64,000 nt of DNA from Nageia nagi (lineage: Eukaryota > Plantae > Pinophyta): assembly GCA_050084985.1 (NCBI GenBank), contig JBITNC010000001.1:28024001-28088000 (forward strand), read 5' to 3'. Made by a program: the position numbers and the translations under genes. The notes beneath the pieces are model-generated. The model ran no database searches. It worked only from the letters and a program-made list of their open reading frames with translations, and was not told the origin of the DNA. Shown here one piece after another: positions 1 through 13,271 of this stretch (position 1 is the stretch's first letter; the number at the start of each line of letters is the position of its first letter).

Positions 1-991
1 TTGGAGATCCTGATAATGATTTTGGGAATCCCAAAGTCTATAGCTACATTTAGGTGATGGATGGATCATTATTTACTCACTTCAATCTTGAAGAGGCCCC
101 TACACCCCCACATTGGCCCAATTGGACACTCAGACTGCCACACATGACAACTTGATCCACGTGGGCATGAGTGGCACACTTTGGACTCAATGTTGGCACT
201 TAATGCACTTTAGCCCCTTATCTTGGCATGACTAACCGCTAGGCACCCATGTTAGGTATTTCGAGCCCTTAAGAGGCCAACGTTGGATTAAAGGAACTAG
301 GTGACGACTCCTAGGTGAGACACAAACAAAGCTAATGTATAAATAAACACTGGAACCTCATTACTAGATGTTCAAATTATCATTACTACACATATTCCAT
401 CTAAAGGACAAAAAGTCTTAATGGTGCTAAGCAATCTCCTTAAGTGCAACACTTAGGAGGGCAATTAGATTGAGGGATCTTGGTTGTCTATGACATTGGT
501 GCAACGCCCTTGCCCATATGGTGGCATCCAAGTTATTGCTTCTATCTTCAATGGTTATCCACAGTTTGAGAACTTCTTTGGTGGAGGGGAATTAGATTCT
601 GAGGGAGTGTACTGTCCCATGGTTCTAGGATTGTTCCAGTAGAAAGGATATTCATTACTATACCCTAGTTGGCTCCTTGGAGGCCAACATCAACCCTTGA
701 AGGCTTGGTATTGTATTTGTGAAGCATTGAATATTCAAAATACCGCCAAGGGCATTGTATCTTATATTTTGCATTGTCTATATAACTCTTCTACATGGAT
801 GCATGTATTGGCTAAATGCTGGTAAATGGATTTTGCACATGTTTGATATTGTAACCCTAACCCTAATATTGCAATTTGAGGGTGTGTTTACTTGTATTTG
901 ATACCCTCGGCTTGACGTCAAAGTTTGATGGTCCGAATTTGCTAATTTGAACTTGAGTTGTATTTTGGACCACCACAATTATTGCTATACA
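1..991 (+). mobile_element. Partial LTR of the LTR-A family, inverted relative to the other copies and cut by the window edge
   Basis: CCCTAGTTGGCTCCTTGGAGGCCAACAT (~663-690) is the reverse complement of a motif in the LTRs at 11.4, 22.4, 35.9 and 50.6 kb; ends ...CTATACA. Confidence 0.7.
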
Positions 992-2144
992 GATATTTAG
1001 CCTTTAAGATTCTAACCCACATTGAATCTCCATCTTTATAATCCTTCATCCTATCTTTCTAGTCAAAACTTTGTTCAGCCCAAGCCTCCACATAATTTTG
1101 GAGTACAAATTTTCTCCTAAATAATAAGTGAGATTCTACTTTTCTCTTCTAGTCTAGCTCATGAGAATGTTTTCTGAATATTTATCGTTCTTATAATAAA
1201 AGTTTGTTTCAAAGCAAGTTGAAACTAATTTTGTATTGATTGTAAGTATTCTAGTTAAAAGTTCTGAACCATGTCCTTGGTTTTTGCTTTTAATACTGGT
1301 ATGGTGAAAAAGAATCAATCCCACATCAATATTAGAGTGAAGTTATCTATGACAATAATGATCGCCTTAATTTTCAGTTTGATAATGCTCTTCAGAAGTA
1401 GCATTAAGTGTATCAGGATTTATCTTTTATAATTGCAGTAAAACGTTAAAAAATAATTTAATACCAAATGCTATAATTTACTTCACAATTATATGGTAAA
1501 TATTTTGGTAAAATGCATATCATTGTTCATCGGAAGGAAAACATTCTTATGTGACTTTGATACTGACAATCGAACGTTTAATTATGTTCAGTAAAAACTA
1601 TTTTGCTCATACCACACCCATGATCAAACTCTTAAACAAGAAAAACAGAACTGTGTTGTACTGAAGAATATTCACACGTTTTAATAACAAATTAATCAGT
1701 GTCCAACATTTGAAGAGTAATCTTAATATGCCTCTTCAACAACATGCCATATATAACATCTCTTTCATTCGAAATTCACTATGAACATTACAAAATGCAT
1801 ACTCTGTAAGGGTGAAGCAAAAATGTTGCGTATCAGAGACTACAGAACAGAGCCACTAGAATCTTTTGGAAAACTTGATTAAAATTTGGATTTGAAATTA
1901 ATTTTACCGCAACAATAAAATACATCAGGATATGTTACATCGTAAAGGCCCTATGTACTTCAAAAGAATGTAAAATAATTTCACATGTTGCAGAAGAATT
2001 ACATATTTTTTCATTGAAAACTTGTACGTGATGATGTACTTAGCATCAATTTGGCTTATGTAAATGATTGTTGAATTATGGAATCAAGTAAAAGATAAAT
2101 GGTCAGTATGAAGCTTGTTGATGAATTAAAAATGAAGTACATGA

Positions 2145-2297
2145 TCAATTCTGAGATGTTGCAGAATACTGAAACAGCAAACGGTTTTCTCCTGCCTGGT
2201 TGGACTGAAAGAGAATTCTCAACCTATTGCTTAGCTGGTATAGTAGAGTCCATTGTGTGGCCATTTCTGATTCCTTGAGCTGTCTTACAACTGATGC
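2145..2297 (-). CDS. TIC236: TIC236 terminal coding exon (not in the ORF track)
   Basis: Hand translation ASVVRQLKESEMATQWTLLYQLSNRLRILFQSNQAGENRLLFQYSATSQN* matches the plant TIC236 C-terminus as I recall it; tttcag acceptor, phase 0, TGA at 2145-2147. Confidence 0.93.
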   Translation of the reverse strand, partial: ASVVRQLKESEMATQWTLLYQLSNRLRILFQSNQAGENRLLFQYSATSQN

Positions 2298-2304
2298 CTG
2301 AAAA

Positions 2305-2602
2305 TACAAAATGTGCTAAGTCCCGGAAACAATATTCAGCCTATAATTCAACATAAAACAAAAAAATATTGGATGCCTCGACAGTTATATGGGTGGAATG
2401 GAAAACTTACATAAGTCATTGTTAGAGACTAATCAAATATTAAATGTCAATATCTATATCATACAAAATGTGCGTAGTCTAGGAAACAATATCCAGCTTT
2501 TAATTAAACATTAAAATGAAAACATATTGGTTGCCTCACAGTTACATGGGTAGCATGGAAAACTTACATAAGTTAGTGTTAGAGATTAATTGAATATTAA
2601 AT
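2305..2602. repeat. Diverged tandem duplication (~140-bp units, period ~157) in the last intron
   Basis: TACAAAATGTGC...GGAAAACTTACATAAGT...ATATTAAAT at 2305 and 2462. Confidence 0.8.
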
Positions 2603-3029
2603 TCTCAGCAGATATATTATACTGAATTGTAGTTATAGGAGAATAATTTTTGCATACATGCAAATTTAAAATGATTACGATTTATCCTCAAGCCTTATGT
2701 TGCTACTTGAGCCCGTTACTTTAGTGCATGGTTTCTCATACCATTCATCGCTATTGTTTTGAAGTGTTAGCTGTGTTTGAGTATATTATGACCAACGTGC
2801 CTTAGCATGATACAAGGCCTAATGACCCCCAAATCATGAAAAACTTGCATGAAATAAGCTGCTTATCAATTTTTCTAGCACCAATTTAAGCCAAACAGTA
2901 AAGTTGTCTTACACTTAATGAAAGGTCCATGTACATGGAAATGTTATGCTTAGGAAATGCAGAAAACTGTATATTTGTAATTTAAGATAAATCATCAAGA
3001 GCTATCTTAGATAAATTGTTAAGGATTAC

Positions 3030-3299
3030 CTGCAAACGTTTCCCCAGCAGTACTTCCACTTCACCACCAAAGGAGAGATTGGCCAGTGATTTGAACGGAT
3101 CTACTGTAGGATCAAGGGATAGCAGATTTGGAATCTGTGGGGCAGATACAAGTCTCCACCGTGCCTGTCCAAACTCTCGACTCACTTCTATTCTTGGCAT
3201 CAAATTTTTAAGAGTAGCTGCTGCTAACTTCTGGAAGGCAAGTTGGCCATCACCTTCCAGCAATGACTCTGCTATCTGACTTTCAAACACTCTAGCGGC
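3030..3299 (-). CDS. TIC236: TIC236 exon (TamB/DUF490 region), 270 nt
   Basis: AARVFESQIAESLLEGDGQLAFQKLA...EVEVLLGKRLQ; cag acceptor, GTAATC donor, phase 0/0. Confidence 0.95.
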
Positions 3300-6200
3300 C
3301 TGCATCATGAGCTTTTCTCCTTAAAATAATCTCTTCCATTAAACTTGCAAAGGAAAAATAATTACAAAGATCCAATGATTAAAATAATCTCTTGGTGATG
3401 GAACACTCTTCAAATAATTGACTGTTTAAACTAAAATTAAATAGCTAATCACAAATAATTAAATATTCTTCTTACACCCAACTACTATCACTTCATCCTC
3501 TTGAAATTTCTGTTACCTAACAAATGCTGATAAAAAATCATTAACTATTCTTTTCATGCCCAAATACTATCACTTCATCCTTTGCAAAACTCTGTTACCC
3601 AACAAATTAAGCTTTTTGTTGTTATTGATCTATGCTATTAAACTGTCCCTCTGTTCCATAGCAGCATTGGCCTTCGTACTTTATTTTACCATAAATTCTT
3701 ATGCCTCAAAAATGATACAGAAAATGAGTTGTTTTCAGTAAAACAGTAGAAATTGAAAGTTCATTGTACACATTCTCACTTCACTATTATCAGTCAATTC
3801 CGAAAATTCTTATTGTACATAGCTACTTCTATGAAGAAGGATGTTTCTGCCAAATATTCACTATTAACTTGGAGCTTTCATGAATAACTCTCAAACCTTT
3901 TTAAGGGAGATGAATTCCAAAAGCAATTTTCTTGATGTATGTAAAGAACATAAACAAAAAAGTGAATGTTTGAAGAAGAATCTCTTGTTAAGGCAAGCAA
4001 TGTTTAAAAGTTCGCTCCTTGCCACTAATAATTTTCCCTGCTAAGGAGATTATTCAGTGATTCGGCAAAAAAGAAACACAGAAATATATATTTTCAAAAG
4101 ATTTTTGCAATTTTCTTGAAAAGTAGGTGCCATTTTCTATTACCATAACACATAATATTGCATTATAGATGATTACAACATGCTTTTCATATCAAAATAC
4201 TGCATAGTGCATATGCTGAATACTAACATAGTAAGTACATAAATTTTGAAATACATTTGGCAATGTTTCTTTGAATTTACAAAAGACAAAAAATCCCTCA
4301 AACACATCAAACATCTGCTCTCTTTTTCCCCTTTTTCTTTCCTTTGTTGTTGCTGCCCTAGGTGTCCTTTCCCTTGTTTCATATATCTACTTTAGTGATA
4401 CAGTGAGCTAGCTGGCTGGAAGTTTCCTTCAACTCTTGCTCCAATCTCACACTATTGCTGAGACGCCTCCCAAAATTACTATTCACAATCTTATCTAACT
4501 GGTGCCCCCCAAACTTGGATTGGATTGACTAAAAATGGGGTCCCAAGCCGTCAATTTATAGAGTTTTTCCATTTTAGACTTTCCTAGAGTTTTTTGACGT
4601 CTGCCCAAATAATTGCAAAAGTTCAGTCAAAATCCAGCAATTATCTGGCAAAAGTTCGGTCAAAATCCGGATATTCCAGAATATTCGATTCTACTGTATT
4701 TTGGGCGATTATTCGGTTTTCAGGTCAAGTGCAATTATTTGCGATGAATTGGGGATAATCGCCGGATTTTTAAACACTGAGGGCGAGTATAAAATATGAT
4801 GACCATTTCCAAACTCAGTTGTACATAGGTATTTAAATGTATAATCATGACAAGCATCTATTAAAAATTACTTATTGCTTCCTTACTGGAAACATAAAAA
4901 CAAAGGTTTTTCATCAAGCAACATAAACAAACCTCTGAATACGGAAAAACTTGATGATATCAGTACACCCATGGATGAACAATACGTTGGATCATGGAAA
5001 TCATAACTAAAAATATCCCTGCGGACAAAGTTTCCAGAGAACATCCTGCTGAAAGTGAAAGTTTTCAAGTAACATGAGTCTTAAGCAACACAAGCGGTGC
5101 TGATTAAGCTAATGCATAGAAGAAATTTTCAAAGCCAATCGGTTCCAAACAAAATATCAGCATTTGTGAAAATGTAAATGCATGGTTTCATGCATGAACC
5201 CTTTAAATCCTAAAACCGGTAGGCCCTTTATTCAGAAATGAAAGAAGCCAAATCACACTTGTTGAAACCTTAGTTATGGTACTGTTGTAAGAATTTGCGA
5301 GACAGGCAAGGAATGCAAACATTTGATCTGATCCCTTTTATCAGCCATTGCAATGAAAAAAACATTGAACATGAAAGAATATGTTAATATCATGATACAA
5401 GACAAAAAGAACATCGGCATAGATGAATTGGAAACCTTACAGGGCAATTACATATAACATTGGACAAAAAATACATATACACTCTGATAGAATTGATTTC
5501 TTGAACCAATAGAAGTGCTCCTCTAAATAGGTGAATGAGATTATAACTCATATAGAAGCTTTGGTAGCGCCCAAAGTTAATTGACACATTTTACAAGAAT
5601 ATAATTTTAAATGCATTACAAATGTTGAGCTCGTTACTGGAAGTCACTTTTGAGTTTCCAATCAAACAACTGACAATCTACGCTGGACATGTGTCTAGTA
5701 GACTAGTATAATTGAACAACCATCTGTACTATTGACTAGGAATGTTGGCACTGGGTGAATGCCGCCCCTCAATGGTGAACTAAAAACCCCTGGGCCCTTA
5801 TGAAGCCTCAAGAATATACATTGAAAGAAAATACTGAAATGCCAAATCTCATGGATATGAATCTCAATATGCTTGATAGGCTGATGTTAGACCAAGCTCA
5901 TGGCCATGTCACTAGTACTCTATCAAACTTCACAATTGTTGGCTGATCCTAAAGAGAATTAAGCTGAAGCAGAAGTTGGAATCAAATGGCCTCTAGCATT
6001 ATAGCTTCCTGCTTCTTCATAGACCAATAGAAAACAATACTTGAATTTTTGTTTGCTCAATTCATCAACCTAATCAGACTTTGAATACCACCTTCTATGT
6101 TGTGTAAAGGTGTTGAAGTGCACAAAATTGTCAGTACTTGATTCTATCAACAACTACCAAAACAATCATCTTACCTTCAAAGTTAGGAAATTCTTTAATG

Positions 6201-6930
6201 AAATTCATGAACATGTTCCTCAGTTTTATGACGGATTAGTAATGGCTGCAATGTGCCTTATGCCATTACTGTTTCATCTTTATTGCATTGACATGTTTCA
6301 TATTATTCTACAGTTTTTTTGACGTCTTCCTCCATTTCTACCTAATAGAAGGATTGCTTGATCATTTGATAAATTTTGAGAAAACCTGAATGTCCAGCTA
6401 AAGGAAAGTCATGAAACTCCTGAAAAATCTTGTTTTTGGCTTGAGAAGCTTCAGTCAAAAACAACTTAGCTTTCTTCTTCAATATTCCTCCTTGCCAAGA
6501 GAGTTTTCCATTCACAACCTATTCATTTTCCCCACTTCTGAATTATCTACGATGTTTCCATGTCTTCCTCCCATTTCACTTTTACTTGTTTCACCCAAGT
6601 AGGTGTAGGACATCAAATGGCCATATGTGTAGTTCCTTCATGTTTTCTGCATAATGCATCTGCCACCATATTTTCCTTGCATTTCTCATATTTGCATCTC
6701 AAAATCATATCCTAGCAATTTAGTCACCCAATTGTGCTATTCAGGACATGAGAGTTTAAAAACTATTTGAGGCCAAGCTTGTATTCTCATATGTGGACTT
6801 AACCAAATTCTTCATGCAGAACTGCTTACTTTCAAATGCCAACGGATGACCATCTTGCATTAATACTGCCTTAATTCCTATTCATGATGCATCACATCCA
6901 ATCACAAAAGTAGCTAAGACTAGTGTTAGG

Positions 6931-7923
6931 CAGCGTTTAAAAAAACTGCAAATAAACATCAAAATGGCAAATATTCACGAGTTTTTAAAACTGACAAAAT
7001 TTTCCTGAAAAAAAGCGTACTTTGACGTTTTTTCCCTTAAAATCGCTAGTTTGTCCAAAAAAATGGCAAAACTGGCAACCTTGAAATGTGAAAAAATCGT
7101 GTATAGATGCCAAAAAATTGTGGAAATTGTCACAGAAAAGAACATTAAAAGCAAAAAAAAAAAGTGAAAATGCAGAAAAATCATGGAAAAAGCGTGTTTA
7201 AACATGAAAAAATCATCAAAAGTGTCACGAAAACAAAGTCTGACAAGGAGAGAATGACACATTAGGGGTTAAATAGAAAAATCTTCTTTTTTTGTCATTT
7301 CTCTTTGTAGGCTTGAGGGGAGTAAGACAGGAGCTGAGGGGAGCAAGACAAGAGTTGAAGGGAGTAAGAAAGAAGTTGAGGGGAGCATTGTGCAAGATCA
7401 TTTTATGCACACAGAGGTGTAGGATCCATTCCCTCATGTGGATGTTCGTGTCAAAGGCAAAGAAGTCTCTCCTAGTCCTTTCACTCCTAGTGGTGGTAGA
7501 TCATATAGGTTTGGAGGGCAATATAAGAGGGATAGAGGCCATTGATACCTTGATTGACATTGCATTACACTATTGTTTTTTTAATACTAGGTAGTAGATA
7601 TTTATGATTTCACATACATTTTGATTTTGTATATCTATTTATAGACAATCGATGTTATGAACTTAAAATCTATTTCACTATCATTTGATTTTTTTTAAAT
7701 TTTTGTCATGAATGTATTGTTGCCCATATGAGAATGTTTGATAGAAATTAGATAAGCATATTCTATGGAAAATCTGAAAAATATAAAAATTTGGAATATT
7801 TTTTGTTATTTGAATGTAATACATTTTTTCTCCATTTTTGCCCTTTTTTCTCATTTGTTCTTGTTTAATTGTACGATGTTTTTTCCCCCATTTCCCTGTA
7901 CTTTTGATGTTTTTTAAAATTTG
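6931..7923. mobile_element. Probable non-autonomous DNA transposon (hAT-like CAGCGTTT end)
   Basis: Interrupts the gypsy remnant; A-rich left and T-rich right subterminal halves; 21-bp internal repeats at 7313-7385; no clear TSD. Confidence 0.4.
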
Positions 7924-8067
7924 GCCCTCAAGATGAACACATTGCTTTTATTAATTGCTCAAATTCTTGTGTAGCCCTTTCATCCTAAGTGAATGCAATT
8001 TTTTTTGTGAGTGGTTTTTAAGGTGTTGCAATCTTCTTATAATCTTTGACAAACTTCCTATAATAAC

Positions 8068-8927
8068 CAACATTATCAAGGGATGTATCCCCCTCCCTTT
8101 TTTTCCTGTTTCCCCGTCCCCAACATTCTCGACATTCCCGAGACTTGGGGACGCCTTTAGGGACGTTTCCCTGCCATCCCCTTTTTAGGGCGTACGGAGG
8201 GGACATCCTCGATACGATTTCCTAGGCCTTGGGAACGTTTCCTTATAAAATTTTGAAAAGGGGACGGTTGGGGGATGGCTAGGGGACGATTGGGGGACAT
8301 CCCCGAGGATGGCTAGCATTCCCCTCCTTATTGCACACTAAAACCAAAAAAACTCTCAACTTTTTTTAAATTTTTTTTCATAAACCTTAGGCGGGTGGGT
8401 CCCATAAGGGTCTCCACCCCTCCATCCCTAAAACATGCCTTTATATTCACATTGCAATCATTTTTTCATTTACACTTATTTGTCATTTTTGACTTATTTG
8501 GCATATTCATGTCAAAGATTGTTTTTGGGCCTTAGCATATTCAAACTTAATGGCATTATGATTATTGACTATGATTATTAGCCCATATTTATAGCTTATT
8601 CTGATTTATCATTTATGATTCAGATTTCTGATTTTCATTTTATAATCATGTTACTTGTTAGTATGTTAGTAGTTACAGATTTTCATTTTCAAAGTATGTT
8701 ACATATTTAAATTGGTCCATGGATGAATCATGAATGCTAATGATGAATGAAACATTTAAACTATATCTAATATCTACTTTTCTTAAATTTGAAAATTTTG
8801 GGGACTTTTCTAGTATATCTATATACTTGTCGTCCCCCTCGCGTTTCCTAAAATCGGTTCGCCGTCCCCTATCATCCCTAGGGACTCGTCCCCTCATTTC
8901 TCCGTCCCCCAGTCTGTGACAACCTTG
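8068..8927. mobile_element. hAT-type MITE
   Basis: Perfect 8-bp TSD ATAATAAC (8060-8067 / 8928-8935); imperfect TIR CAACATTATCA / TGACAACCTTG; GTCCCC/GGGGAC subterminal motifs. Confidence 0.85.
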
Positions 8928-9595
8928 ATAATAACCAATAAGACCTAAGAATCCTGATAAGCTTTTAAGAGTTTTTGGTGCAGGTGATTCTTGTCTAGTT
9001 GTGAACTTGTTTGACTCTTTCCACTGAAACTATATACCCTTAGTATTCTACTTCTGGAACTCCAAAGAAGCACTTCATTTTTTTGACAAAAAGTTGCTCT
9101 TTTCTTGAAGTTTGGAACACTTGCTTTATATATATTGCAAATGTTCTTTCCAAGTTTTGCTATAAACTAAAGTTGCTCTTGTATTTAAGCTATTGGATCA
9201 TGCTCATCCAATCACCTTGACTTGATCTTGAGCCATCCCCTAACAAGACTTGCCCTTAAGTCATTTTTAGACTATTTTAATTACCTATGTTGATTGCCAA
9301 GATCATAAGCCTTTGGGGAAAACAATATTTGAATTTGGGAATTGTGCCTTTGGTATCTTACTTAGATGCAACTGCTCAAACACATCTAACTCAAGACAAA
9401 GACTTCATGCAATATGTAGGAACAAGATACTGATCAAGGACAACACAAGCGATCGAATTCATGAATAGGCTTAAAGGCTTCACATGTGGATTCGTGGAAA
9501 TTTTGGGAGCCTTATTGAATATAATGGATCACATTAGTTGAGATGAGACAAAACAACTTGATGTGAGATGTTAGATTAAGACTTAAAGTTCAAAC

Positions 9596-10458
9596 CAAAG
9601 GTTACATGGAGCATGGAGGAAGGGAAACATGTATACAGGAACAACGGGGGATGGAGACCCATTTTTAAGTAATGCGGGGGGACGACAAGAGGAAATGACA
9701 ATATATATATATATAATAACTTCTAAAGAAACTATCATATTACAATATGACAAACGCAGAACAAAATGTCATAATATAAAATTTAAATTATTAAATTGAC
9801 ATTCTCATTCATCTTTTTCTTGCTTGTTTGTTCCAAGATGTGCAGTTGTGAAAACTGGGCGGCTAGGAAACCTGGGGTGTTGTTTTGGAAACTTTCTTAA
9901 AATCTAGCTGTTTCCTTGAGACTTGCTTGCTCCAAAATATGCAGTGATGGAAACTGGGCGGTTGTAGAAAAAACTAGAAAATGTGGAGTTGTTTAGGGTT
10001 TGCTTTTACTTTTAGTTTTAAGATTTCATTTTTTTCTTTTGATTTTTTACTTTAGTCTTCTTAAAGTTTTACATTAGTCTTCTAGTTTTAAATTTCAAAT
10101 AGATGTTTATTGTTTATTTTAGTCTTCTTAATTTGTTACTATAGTTTTCTAGTTTTAAATCTAAAATAGATGTTTATTGTTTACTTTTGATTTTTTACTT
10201 TAGTCATTTAATTTTAAATATTTAAGGGTTTACTTTTTAAAATTGAATGTAAAGGGGGTGGAGGGGCTAGTTGTCTCCCTTTCTTAGAAACATTTCAGAA
10301 ATTTTCTTGTTTTCTCCTAGCCATCCTGGGCATGGTTTGGAGACGACATAGGAAACATTTCCTATGGAGATTCCTTTGTACCCAAAAATGGGGATACGAG
10401 GATACGATCATTTTAAGGACGGGGATGGGGAGGGGAACATGTATCCTATGCAACCTTG
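9596..10458. mobile_element. hAT-type MITE related to 8068-8927
   Basis: TIR CAAAGGTTACAT / ATGCAACCTTG; degenerate TSD GTTCAAAC / GTTTAGGC; GGGGAC motifs. Confidence 0.7.
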
Positions 10459-13271
10459 GTTTAGGCATTAAAGACTTGAGTATCTAATGGCTTGGACTTT
10501 AATTGAGGCTTGGTTCAAACAAATGCACATTGTAAATTTATCCTGATGTCTTAACTCAAAATTGGCGTTTTAGGAACAACTGATAGATTGAATCTAATCT
10601 ATTGGATTTCACTCACTTTTGAAGGCCTAGACCGCAAGAAATAAATTAGATTAATTAAGACTAACTTAATAAAGACTTAGACATACAAAACATTAATAGT
10701 ACCTTCCTAATCCAATGGTCCCTATTTAGATCAATGATTTACATTGAAGATATTGATGGCAACAACCATTATATTCCTCGGAGCATACCAATATCAAAAT
10801 TAAAATTTTGACTCAACTTGGACATCACAAATACAATCTTCAATGAATGTGACTTTGACAATGAATTTGGATATGAAAATCATTGAATGGGGAAAATGTT
10901 TAGAGGTATGGCCTCCCCTAAACTTTTGCATACAATCGAAATTTGGAAAGCAAAAATTCCTTGAGGTTTCAAAGATATCACAATACTGTGAAAATGGAAT
11001 TTCTAAATAGCTGGGGCAATGTTCACCAAATTTGGTACACCTCACAAAATTAATTAAACTTCTTAGGTCATTGAACCTCTCTACAATGTTGATGCCATGT
11101 AGGAATTTGCAACAATCCAAGAATACAAATTACCTTGATTCAACTTCTTGTAGAATCCCAATCACAAATTCAAGCGCAATTAAGCCAATTCAATCAAACA
11201 AGCACCCCGTCTGACCTAGGGCATCCAATTACAACTCAAACAATGCAATAATGCCAATGTATGGTCTAGAAGAACAATTACAAGCATAAACCATTATACA
11301 ATCATGGAAGTACAATAGTAACCCAACGATGCAAATATGGAAGTAAACACAATACAAAATAGAGATCCAATTGTCCAACGACTGTATTAATGATATGAAG
11401 TGACAACAATACAATACCAAGCCCAAAAGGGCTCAACATTAGCCTCCAAGGAGCCAAATAGGGCAAAATGCCTACACAAATGTGATCAATGCTGGAAGAG
11501 TGGAACATTGGATGGGACAACCTCACTCCCCCAAACCTAGATGCTTTGCTGCAAAACTTCCATTCCTAGAAACCACTGAAGGTAGGAATTGGACCTCAGA
11601 ATGCCATCGGATGGACAAAGATGTTGCACCCTAGTCGTAGATCAATAGGATCCCTCAACCTGTTAACCCTTCTAGATGTTGCACCTAGGGATGTGCTTGA
11701 CATTGCACCAAGACTTCCACTGGACAGTATGAGCAATCATAATAATTCATTATCTCCAATAATGATGCTCCAAGGCCTGCTATAGCTCACCCTGGATCTG
11801 GATCTCACCTCAAAGTCATCACGCAGCCTTTTTGCTCCAACGTTGGTTTCCTAGTGTTGGTATGTTTTTCTTTCCTCGCCCAAAACATGCACAAGACTTG
11901 GAGGAAACAACGTTAATTGTTTCCACCTAAAAGAACTGGTTACCCAAAGCACTCACAAGGCTCAGTAGTTAGAGATGCATGTTGTTAACCGTATACAAGG
12001 GAAATACACACCGGAGTTCCTTTCCACACTGAGAAAAGATTGCAAATGTGAACGAAAGCAAAGAAAGATCACAAATGCAAGACAAACACAGGGATAAATG
12101 CAAGGGAACACGAGGAAAGAAAATAACTTGCGAAGGCATCACCAGGGATACAATGTCTCGGAAGGTCATCTTCAAATTCATTAAGGTCAAAGCACCCACT
12201 ATCAAGCTGGGTAGCAAATAGCAAATATGCTCAAATCACCACCAAACAAGAGCAAAAACTTGTAGGGTCTTGGTGGAAGACTCGATGGAAGGGATATAAA
12301 TGAGGTGAGGGTGCGAGTGTAAGAACCTAACCGAATGATATAAAGATAAGCTATAAGCCTCAAAATATGTCCGCTTACATGCAAATCATGCAAAGAAGAA
12401 TCAAACCATTTCAAATGAATATTCAATATGTAGTTCAAGGAGAGAATCGTTCAGATATGCATAATCCCACAGATGATGTTCGTCACAATATGAACTTTAT
12501 TGTCTCATTCCTCTAAAGAAGCACATTCATACTGGCATTCAATACTAAACATGCATAGAACCCCTTATACAGCAAACCTCTATGCAACGGGATGAGAGTA
12601 CAAAAGATGCAACGACTCAAAATTATTACGTTCATGAAAACTCATAGCCAGAATTTCAAAGATGCAAGAACCCCAATATATGGTATTTCCATTAAATGCA
12701 AAGTCTCACATATGCAAAAATGCATAAAATCATGCTACAATCCATATGTAAAATTGGAGGTATCCTTATGTCAAAATGCAAAAATCAAAATGCAAAAAGT
12801 CCAATGCAAAAATCCCTTATGTCAAAATCCCCTTCTAAATGGCCCGAATGAAGTATAAATAGGCCACTATAAGTGTTGCTCTAAAGGCATCAATTTTGAT
12901 ATGGTTCGCACACACGCAACACACATACCAATACAAAATCAGATCACCTACATGAATCAAAGCAAGTGGCACTTAAAAGTTTGACAAAATATAAATGCCA
13001 AATCTAACATGCATTTAATCTACCTCTAAACTACTCAAGAAAATCAGATATGCAATAAAGGAATCTGACACTTGAACTGGCTAGAGCAAAACCTCATCCC
13101 TACACCGGTCAAAGCCATAAATGAGTATGATTGATTTGACCTAGTGGGAGCAAAAACTCATCCCTACACCAGTCAAATCGAGTGAAATAAAGTCTGACAT
13201 AACAACCAACATTAAACATGCATTAAACAAAAGACAAGATACTGCAGACAAAATCTATAGGTGGATCAAAC

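Larger units (their letters stand above)
6000..9180 (-). mobile_element. Old Ty3/Gypsy pol remnant (RT/RNaseH), interrupted by MITEs
   Basis: Minus strand VYSKTWKEHLQY near 9140-9165; RNaseH-like ..GCDAS.IGIKAVLMQDGHP at ~6840-6900; many stops; limits approximate. Confidence 0.6.

Noticed and set aside
11855-13211. TGTTGG...CCAACA as a conventional 1.36-kb LTR of element B
   Set aside because: No PBS or PPT next to 13211 and no second copy; probably a chance 6-mer, though not fully excluded
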